Assembly: GCA_035270405.1 (NCBI GenBank)
Contig: DATFIF010000068.1
Coordinates: forward strand, 1-41,740
From: Paludibacteraceae bacterium
GTDB taxonomy: Bacteria > Bacteroidota > Bacteroidia > Bacteroidales > Paludibacteraceae
Length of the DNA stretch: 41,740 nucleotides
Reading direction: 5' to 3'
Shown: piece by piece, positions 35,652-41,740 of the stretch
Layout: each line of letters begins with the position of its first letter
Position numbering within the stretch: position 1 is the stretch's first letter
Program-made: the position numbers and the translations under genes
The notes under the pieces: generated by a model
What the model was told of the DNA's origin: nothing
Database searches by the model: none
The model's input: only the letters and a program-made list of their open reading frames with translations

Positions 35652-36620
35652 TTAAGAAATGCCAAAACGCTTAAACTTAAAATCGCTCTGTAATTCGGTT
35701 ATGTATGTTTCAATATGTCGTTCAAACTTGTCTTGATATATATCGGCTACAGTAACCAATATACCAGTTTCCTCAACATTGCCAAAATCACTATTCACAG
35801 CCGTTCCAAAAACTTTCATCGTATTAGAAAGATTCATATACGCACTTACCAATGGAGGAATATTTTGTCCTAATGCGCGAACTTGTTGATTCAGAATTTT
35901 GTAATTATCTTTCATCTCAAACATGCTGAGTAAAGCGTCCAATTTCTGAATATCATCTTCCAACTGCAACGGATGAATCGGTGTAACTAATTTATCTGGG
36001 TCATTGAAGTGTTTTTGTAAAAAATACAAAATAATATCACGCCCTTGACTACCAAATGAAGGATACATCGTCACCTTGCCAAAATAATATTTTATTTGTG
36101 GGTATTTTATAGTCAATGCGCCCAAGCCATCCCACAAATTATCAAGTGCAAAGAGACTTTTAGCACCAGCCTGCGACGATTGGTACTCTAGTCGCACAAA
36201 CGAGCGACCCAATTCTAACGTATTGGGTAAATAGTCCGTAATGAACTTCTCCGAAAAATGGAACAGATGCGACGTTGCCCAAATTGGTTGTCCTGACGTA
36301 TCGAAATCCACTTTTTCGCCTAAAAGAAAGCGATAACCACCGATGATTTCGTCAGCATCTGGATTCCAAAGAATAAGTTGTTGACAAGGTTCGTCCATCG
36401 AGTCAAACATATCCACGTCGATTTCCATACCCGTACCACCACCAGCTCCACGAAAAGCTACCTCGCGTAAACGACCAATTTCACGCATCGTGTGAGGCGA
36501 ATTAAAAGCATTAACGATATAAATCTCGTTATTTGCTTTATTGGTTCTGCGTAAAAACCGCTCAGCAGTCAATTCTGATTTTATCAACTCTTTGTCGATA
36601 GGATCAATTATTTCTTTCAT
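35652..36620 (-). CDS. N-acyl amino acid synthase (OlsB/GlsB-like GNAT N-acyltransferase), paralogue 2
   Basis: 322 aa and colinear with paralogue 1. By hand count about 70 of the first 100 residues are identical; identity is clearly lower in the C-terminal two thirds. It has the same EIGRLRE.AFR.AGGG.G.EID.D.FD and SLFALDNLWDG blocks. Confidence 0.7.
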   Translation of the reverse strand: MKEIIDPIDKELIKSELTAERFLRRTNKANNEIYIVNAFNSPHTMREIGRLREVAFRGAGGGTGMEIDVDMFDSMDEPCQQLILWNPDADEIIGGYRFLLGEKVDFDTSGQPIWATSHLFHFSEKFITDYLPNTLELGRSFVRLEYQSSQAGAKSLFALDNLWDGLGALTIKYPQIKYYFGKVTMYPSFGSQGRDIILYFLQKHFNDPDKLVTPIHPLQLEDDIQKLDALLSMFEMKDNYKILNQQVRALGQNIPPLVSAYMNLSNTMKVFGTAVNSDFGNVEETGILVTVADIYQDKFERHIETYITELQSDFKFKRFGIS

Positions 36621-36677
36621 TTTGGTTAAATAAAATTGCTTCTATAAAAATTTATTTTGGTTTATATTCTCTATTTT

Positions 36678-37508
36678 CTAACTTTTTGGCTGTTTACCTA
36701 AATCAAGCACCAATTTTCTTACATGATGCGCCCATTGTAAATCGGTTTTTTGTGTGTCAAACGTTTGCCAAGGAATGGGTTTTCCAATAGTAATGGTAAA
36801 ATGCTTGTGCTGGTTTTTAAAAAGTTCATCCACCAAATAGAGCATTCCAATATTTACTTTGAGTCCTAAAAATTTACTCACATTCGATATAAAATAAAAC
36901 CAATTAGAGTTTCGACCGGTACAATGAAATGGAATCACAGTGCGTTGGAATTTTTTAGCACGACCTACAAACATTTTTTTCCAAGGCATTTCAGTAATTT
37001 CACCTTTCTCTTTTTTAGCACAAGTACCTGCAGGGAATATACACACTTGACTATCAGAATTGAACAACTCTTCAACAGCCACACCTAATTCGCGATTCTG
37101 AGCACCACCTAGTAAATTCACTGGTGTAAATATGCCTGAAAGAGGTTTGAGTTCGCTAATCAAACTATTTACAATAAATCGAACGTTATTTCCGTAATTT
37201 CTTCGTATTATTTCACCAACCATAAGCGCCTCTGCGCCTCCAAGCGGATGATTTCCTACAAAAATATACTGACCATCTTTTGGTAAATTTTCTTCACCTA
37301 CAACCGTGAAAGAAATATCTAAACTTTTGAGTCCAAATGTCACAAATTCAGCACCATAAAGTCCATTCGAATTATCAATAATTTGGTTAATTTCAGATTC
37401 GTGGGCTATTTTTTTTAAATAATTAATCACAAAACGTGGCAACTTCTTGCGCAGTTTTGGCCCTAACATATGTTCTATACTAACGTGATTTGGATTTATC
37501 TGTTCCAT
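36678..37508 (-). CDS. PlsC-superfamily O-acyltransferase (GlsA/OlsA-like lyso-lipid acyltransferase)
   Basis: 276 aa. GNHPLGGAEA variant of the acyltransferase His-box and a downstream FPAGT motif. Located directly upstream of the two N-acyltransferase genes, as in the described Bacteroides glsA/glsB pair. Confidence 0.7.
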   Translation of the reverse strand: MEQINPNHVSIEHMLGPKLRKKLPRFVINYLKKIAHESEINQIIDNSNGLYGAEFVTFGLKSLDISFTVVGEENLPKDGQYIFVGNHPLGGAEALMVGEIIRRNYGNNVRFIVNSLISELKPLSGIFTPVNLLGGAQNRELGVAVEELFNSDSQVCIFPAGTCAKKEKGEITEMPWKKMFVGRAKKFQRTVIPFHCTGRNSNWFYFISNVSKFLGLKVNIGMLYLVDELFKNQHKHFTITIGKPIPWQTFDTQKTDLQWAHHVRKLVLDLGKQPKS

Positions 37509-37514
37509 AAGTAA

Positions 37515-38741
37515 TTAGTGAAGAATAGCGATACATCGCTTCAATTGTTCTATAAAATAATCAATCTCTTCTTTTGTATTATAAAAGGCAAAAGACACTC
37601 GGATTGTTCCCCCAGGAAGTTCCAGCATGTCGATAAGCGGTTGTGCGCAATGATTACCTGTACGCACAGCTACACCTGTTTTATCGAGTAATGTTCCTAT
37701 ATCAAACGGGTGAATAGTTCCAACTAAAAAGGAGATAACGCTACATTTATGCGCTGCTGTGCCAATTATACGCATTTCAGGAATCTCGAGCAATTTTGTT
37801 GTGGCATATTCTAATAACTCATTTTCATAGGCTGCAATGCGTTCAATGCCAAGATTTGAAACGTAATTAAGCGCTTCGGCTAAAGCTACAGAGCCCACAT
37901 AATCAGGAGTTCCTGCTTCAAATTTATAGGGTAATTCGTTATAAATAGTTGTTTCATACGTTACGTGTTGAATCATCTCTCCACCGCCTTGGTAGGGCGG
38001 CAACTCTTCTAACAATTCACTTTTACCATAAAGAACACCAATACCAGTTGGTCCATAAATTTTGTGACCAGAAAAAACATAAAAATCAGCGTCCAAATCG
38101 ACAACATTAACCCCACTATGAGCAACAGCTTGCGCGCCATCAATGAGCACACGAATCCCTTTTTTATGAGCCATTGCTATAATTTCCTTGATAGGATTAA
38201 TCGTTCCTAAAACGTTCGAAATATGAGCTAATGTCAACAATTTCGTTTTCGGAGTCAATAATTTATCCAGTTCTTCAAGTACTAATTCGCCTCGTTCATT
38301 AATGGGTGCCACACGCAACACTAATCCACCTCGTTGAGCAGCCATTTGCCAAGGTACAATATTGGCATGATGCTCCATTTGAGTAAATACAATTTCGTCG
38401 CCAGGAGAACAAAAATGCTCGGTGAAAACGGTCGTTACTAAGTTAATGCTTTCTGTTGTACCGCGCGTAAAAACAATCTCTTTACAACTACGAGCGCCAA
38501 TAAAATCAGCAACTGTTTGACGGGCACTTTCATGCGCCATAGTCGCCTTTTGACTCAAATAATGAACGCCACGATGAATATTGGCATTTTGTTTTGTATA
38601 AACTTCCGTAATTTTATTGAGTACGCACAGTGGCTTTTGCGTAGTAGCAGCATTATCAAAATAAATTAATGGTTTGCCATATATTTTTTCTGATAAAATG
38701 GGAAAATCACGACGAATACTATCCAGATTTAATGATTCCAA
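37515..38741 (-). CDS. sufS: Cysteine desulfurase SufS (class V aminotransferase, group II)
   Basis: 408 aa. PLP-Lys motif FSGHKIYGPTGIG, active-site RTGNHCAQP and an N-terminal YFDNAATTQKP. Confidence 0.93.
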   Translation of the reverse strand: MESLNLDSIRRDFPILSEKIYGKPLIYFDNAATTQKPLCVLNKITEVYTKQNANIHRGVHYLSQKATMAHESARQTVADFIGARSCKEIVFTRGTTESINLVTTVFTEHFCSPGDEIVFTQMEHHANIVPWQMAAQRGGLVLRVAPINERGELVLEELDKLLTPKTKLLTLAHISNVLGTINPIKEIIAMAHKKGIRVLIDGAQAVAHSGVNVVDLDADFYVFSGHKIYGPTGIGVLYGKSELLEELPPYQGGGEMIQHVTYETTIYNELPYKFEAGTPDYVGSVALAEALNYVSNLGIERIAAYENELLEYATTKLLEIPEMRIIGTAAHKCSVISFLVGTIHPFDIGTLLDKTGVAVRTGNHCAQPLIDMLELPGGTIRVSFAFYNTKEEIDYFIEQLKRCIAILH

Positions 38742-38760
38742 TTGTGGTTTGGTTTAATGG

Positions 38761-40101
38761 TTAACAAATATGACAACCTTTACATTTCGACTCTTCGCCA
38801 CGTAGACGTTTTTCAACTAACAAATGTAAGCGATCGCGCAAAGCCTCTATTTCTATATGTACTAATACGTCTGACGTAAATGCCAATAACAATAACATAC
38901 GAGCTTCTTCGGCGCTAATGCCACGTGCTTGCATGTAAAAAAGTGCAGCTTCATCCAATTGTCCGGTCGTGGCTCCATGACTACATTTAACATCGTCCGC
39001 ATAAATTTCCAATTGCGGTTTAGAATACATATGCGCCTCTCTAGTCAAACAAATATTCCGATTAATTTGATAAGCCTCGGTTTTTTGTGCGTCTTTTTTT
39101 ACAACAACACGTCCTGAAAATGCGCCTTCTGCTGAGCCATTCAAAACATATTTGAATAGTTCTCGACTTGTACAACGAGGCACATTATGGCGAATAATGG
39201 TAAAGTTTTCGGTTTTTTGCTGACAATCGCTCACCAACATACCACCCAACCACGTTTCAGCGCCTTCGCCATTCAAATCAATTTCTACTTGATTACGTGT
39301 GCGTCCGTTATTCAATCCTATGAGATTTGTAATTAAACGTGAATTAGCTTGTTGGTCGACAAAAATTTGAGATAAATTATTTGTTTCATTGTGTGTATTT
39401 TCTAATGAATAATAGTCAAAAGAGGCGTTTTCACCGATAAAAATTTCTGTTAAGCGATTAGCAAAGAAACTAACAGAATCCATGGTATGATCACACACCA
39501 ATAATTTAGCTTGAGCACCTTCTTCCAAAATGATAAGATTACGTCCATTGGCCATCAAATCGACATCTGAACGCATAATATTCACCAACTGAATGGCAGA
39601 GTCAAGCACTACATTTTTAGGAACGTAAAGAAAATAACCATCTTGCGCAAACGTTTCATTAAAAGCAGTAAAACCATCTTTTTTATCAGCAATTTGCTTC
39701 CCAAGATACTGCTTAAGCAAGTGAGGATAGCGCTCCGATGCTTCAATCATAGAACACATCACAGCGCCATCAGGCAAGCCAGTTTGATTCGCATCAGAAC
39801 GTGTGTAAAACTCATCATTCAGAATAAAATAGAGGTGCGCTTGAATACCCGGAACATCACATTTAAAAACATTAGCGGGATCAACGGGTATAGTTACACG
39901 ATTTACATTTAAACCAAAATTAAGGCCTAAATTGTCCATTACATGACAATACAAATAATCCTCCTCCTTAGAAGTAGGAAATCCAACTGCAGCGAATCTT
40001 GCAAATGCGTCATCACGTCGTTCGTTGAGCGCCGTCGCCGAATGCTTTTTTATCGCTTCAGAAGCTTGTTGGTATAATTCTATATATGGCTGTTCGTTCA
40101 T
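38761..40101 (-). CDS. sufD: Fe-S cluster assembly protein SufD
   Basis: 446 aa. Beta-helix core with the C-terminal QLEIYADDVKCSHGATTGQLD...LFYMQARGI signature. The start overlaps the sufC stop by 4 nt. Confidence 0.9.
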   Translation of the reverse strand: MNEQPYIELYQQASEAIKKHSATALNERRDDAFARFAAVGFPTSKEEDYLYCHVMDNLGLNFGLNVNRVTIPVDPANVFKCDVPGIQAHLYFILNDEFYTRSDANQTGLPDGAVMCSMIEASERYPHLLKQYLGKQIADKKDGFTAFNETFAQDGYFLYVPKNVVLDSAIQLVNIMRSDVDLMANGRNLIILEEGAQAKLLVCDHTMDSVSFFANRLTEIFIGENASFDYYSLENTHNETNNLSQIFVDQQANSRLITNLIGLNNGRTRNQVEIDLNGEGAETWLGGMLVSDCQQKTENFTIIRHNVPRCTSRELFKYVLNGSAEGAFSGRVVVKKDAQKTEAYQINRNICLTREAHMYSKPQLEIYADDVKCSHGATTGQLDEAALFYMQARGISAEEARMLLLLAFTSDVLVHIEIEALRDRLHLLVEKRLRGEESKCKGCHIC

Positions 40102-40853
40102 TGTAATTCAAATTCTTTTTTAATCCAATCATATCCTTTTTCTTCCAATTCAAGCGCCAATTCTTTGGTACCTGTCTTGACAATTTGACCTTGATAGAGA
40201 ACGTGTACGAAATCTGGAACAACGTAATCTAATAATCGTTGATAATGAGTAATTACAATGGACGCATTATCTTTATTTCTGAGCATATTCACGCCATTGG
40301 CCACAATACGAAGCGCATCAATATCGAGTCCTGAATCTGTTTCATCGAGTATCGACAAACGCGGTTCGAGCATGGCCATTTGAAAAATTTCGTTACGTTT
40401 TTTTTCACCACCAGAAAAACCTTCATTTACCGAACGATTGGCTAACTTATTATCCAATTCTACCATCTCTTTTTTGGCACGCATCAGTTTTAAAAATTCC
40501 GATGCAGAAATAGGATCTAATCCTTTGTATTTTCGATGTTCATTGATTGCCGTACGCATAAAATTGACCATGCTAACGCCTGGAATTTCGACAGGATATT
40601 GAAAACTCATAAAAACTCCTTCGCGAGAACGATCTTCAGGTGCCAAATCTAGCAAATCTTTACCGTAAAATTTGACAGAACCTTCTGTCACAGTAAAAGC
40701 AGGATTTCCCGATAAAACGGCAGCAAGTGTTGACTTTCCTGAACCATTAGGACCCATAATAGCATGCACTTCACCAGGACGAACTACCAAGTCCAATCCT
40801 TTTAAGATTTCTTTGCCAGCAACAGTGGCATGTAAATTTTTTATTTCAAGCAT
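40098..40853 (-). CDS. sufC: Fe-S cluster assembly ATPase SufC
   Basis: 251 aa. Walker A GPNGSGKST, ABC signature FSGGEKKR, Walker B LSILDETDSGLD and an H-loop ITH. Confidence 0.95.
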   Translation of the reverse strand: MLEIKNLHATVAGKEILKGLDLVVRPGEVHAIMGPNGSGKSTLAAVLSGNPAFTVTEGSVKFYGKDLLDLAPEDRSREGVFMSFQYPVEIPGVSMVNFMRTAINEHRKYKGLDPISASEFLKLMRAKKEMVELDNKLANRSVNEGFSGGEKKRNEIFQMAMLEPRLSILDETDSGLDIDALRIVANGVNMLRNKDNASIVITHYQRLLDYVVPDFVHVLYQGQIVKTGTKELALELEEKGYDWIKKEFELQ

Positions 40854-40855
40854 AA

Positions 40856-41545
40856 TTATTTAATTATCAATTTATTTTTATTTTTTCGTAATATCGCATG
40901 TTCCTCATCCATCTGTTTACGCCAATTGAACCAAGCATATACAGAAATAATGATATATAAAACATATAAAATCGCAGTCAGTTTCAAACCCATCACCAGC
41001 CATAAAATACAACTCGCTGCGTCCACCAAAATCCATAACGGCCAATTTTCAATTTTTTTACGAGCCACCCATGTTTGTCCTACAATGTTGGAAATCAACA
41101 AAATGGCATCGACATACGGATAAACTGGTGTTGTTACAAAATCTGGAAATTGATGGGCCAAATAAACCATAAACCAACCCCATAAAACACCTCCAAGAAC
41201 AATCACTAAAAGATAAGAAACCAACGCTTTAGTGGTTAACTTAGTGATGCGTAATTTTTTATCCCTGTTTTGCTCACTTTTTTTAGGAAATGTCCATTTT
41301 ACAATACCGTAAATATTGATGGAAGCAAATACGAGCTGTAACAACATCATCGAATAGAGGTGCTGTTGGTAAAACAGTGAGAAAAAAACGGCACAATTCA
41401 ACAAACCAATCCAAAATGTCAACACGTGACCTTTTCCAGCCAAAAAGATAGAAATAAAACCTGTCATGAAACCTATTAGCTCCAAATAAGACAAGTCATA
41501 ATCCCATAAAGTAGCAACAATATTGTGTATATCGAAGAAGTTCAT
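40856..41545 (-). CDS. pnuC: PnuC-family (nicotinamide riboside-type) transporter
   Basis: 229 aa with about 7 TM helices. Two internally related halves carry the PnuC-type patterns LE..G...G.....L..........W..G......F.......LY....LQ......IYG...W and D......S...Q.....K..ENW..WI..D. The substrate cannot be inferred from sequence alone. Confidence 0.75.
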   Translation of the reverse strand: MNFFDIHNIVATLWDYDLSYLELIGFMTGFISIFLAGKGHVLTFWIGLLNCAVFFSLFYQQHLYSMMLLQLVFASINIYGIVKWTFPKKSEQNRDKKLRITKLTTKALVSYLLVIVLGGVLWGWFMVYLAHQFPDFVTTPVYPYVDAILLISNIVGQTWVARKKIENWPLWILVDAASCILWLVMGLKLTAILYVLYIIISVYAWFNWRKQMDEEHAILRKNKNKLIIK

Positions 41546-41578
41546 GTTTTCAACGGATTTTTAACAACTTATATTACA

Positions 41579-41740
41579 TTATCCAACACTTCCTTCCAAT
41601 GAAATAGACAGCAATTTTTGCGCTTCCACCGCAAATTCCATCGGCAATTTATTGAGTACCTCTTTGGCATAACCATTCACAATTAAAGCAATCGCATCTT
41701 CCGTACTAATACCACGTTGGTTGCAGTAAAAAAGTTGATC
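41579..41740 (-). CDS. sufB: Fe-S cluster assembly protein SufB (C-terminal 53 codons; the 5' part lies outside the window)
   Basis: Hand translation of the minus strand gives [53 protein letters not shown], the characteristic SufB C-terminus. Confidence 0.9.
   Translation of the reverse strand, partial: DQLFYCNQRGISTEDAIALIVNGYAKEVLNKLPMEFAVEAQKLLSISLEGSVG

Noticed and set aside
1-41740. A window-wide search for CRISPR arrays, tRNA/rRNA genes, transposases/integrases, phage genes, toxin-antitoxin pairs or known defence-system genes.
   Set aside because: None was seen. Every ORF of meaningful length is assignable to a housekeeping or envelope function. I found no regularly spaced direct repeats, no flanking inverted or direct repeats and no obvious compositional shift. 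This was a scan by eye only; tRNAscan, Infernal, minCED or DefenseFinder would be decisive.

Overview
This is a 41.7-kb AT-rich chromosomal segment. Gene content, very tight gene junctions without obvious Shine-Dalgarno spacing, and recurring TAnnTTTG -7 promoter boxes point to a Bacteroidota (Bacteroidia-like) genome. I call 44 protein genes in seven strand blocks. One of them, rpmH, is missing from the supplied ORF track, and two are cut by the window edges.

Most of the window is recognisable housekeeping:
- Cell wall and RNA modification: polyprenyl synthase, ddl, rluD, PASTA protein, rpmH, miaB, ychF.
- Acyl-CoA ligase, rnc, rnhB, glutaminyl cyclase, a Dabb-domain protein and a gamma-carbonic-anhydrase-family protein.
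- acpP-fabF and yidC.
- A TetR / LpxL-like acyltransferase / YfcE / DUF5686-type outer-membrane protein / ispH / pfkA block.
- A BNR-type lipoprotein, aroA and sufE.
- A GT9 / parA / parB / DUF5683-like / LysM transglycosylase / MerR / alkaline phosphatase block.
- sufB-(pnuC)-sufCDS.

By eye I found no tRNA or rRNA, CRISPR array, transposase, integrase, phage gene, recognisable defence gene or compositional island. I therefore do not think a mobile or immune system is hidden here.

The least textbook content is envelope- and lipid-related, on the minus strand between 32.2 and 41.7 kb:
1. A lipoamino-acid (glycine-lipid-type) locus with two tandem, diverged N-acyl amino acid synthase paralogues. 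It also carries an O-acyltransferase and a coupled membrane-anchored Cys-motif protein, and it is fused to the 3' end of the suf operon.
2. A PnuC-family transporter wedged between sufB and sufC.
3. A self-contained radical-SAM plus GT-B glycosyltransferase module with its own promoter and terminator.

All functional calls rest on motif and family recognition from memory, not on database searches.
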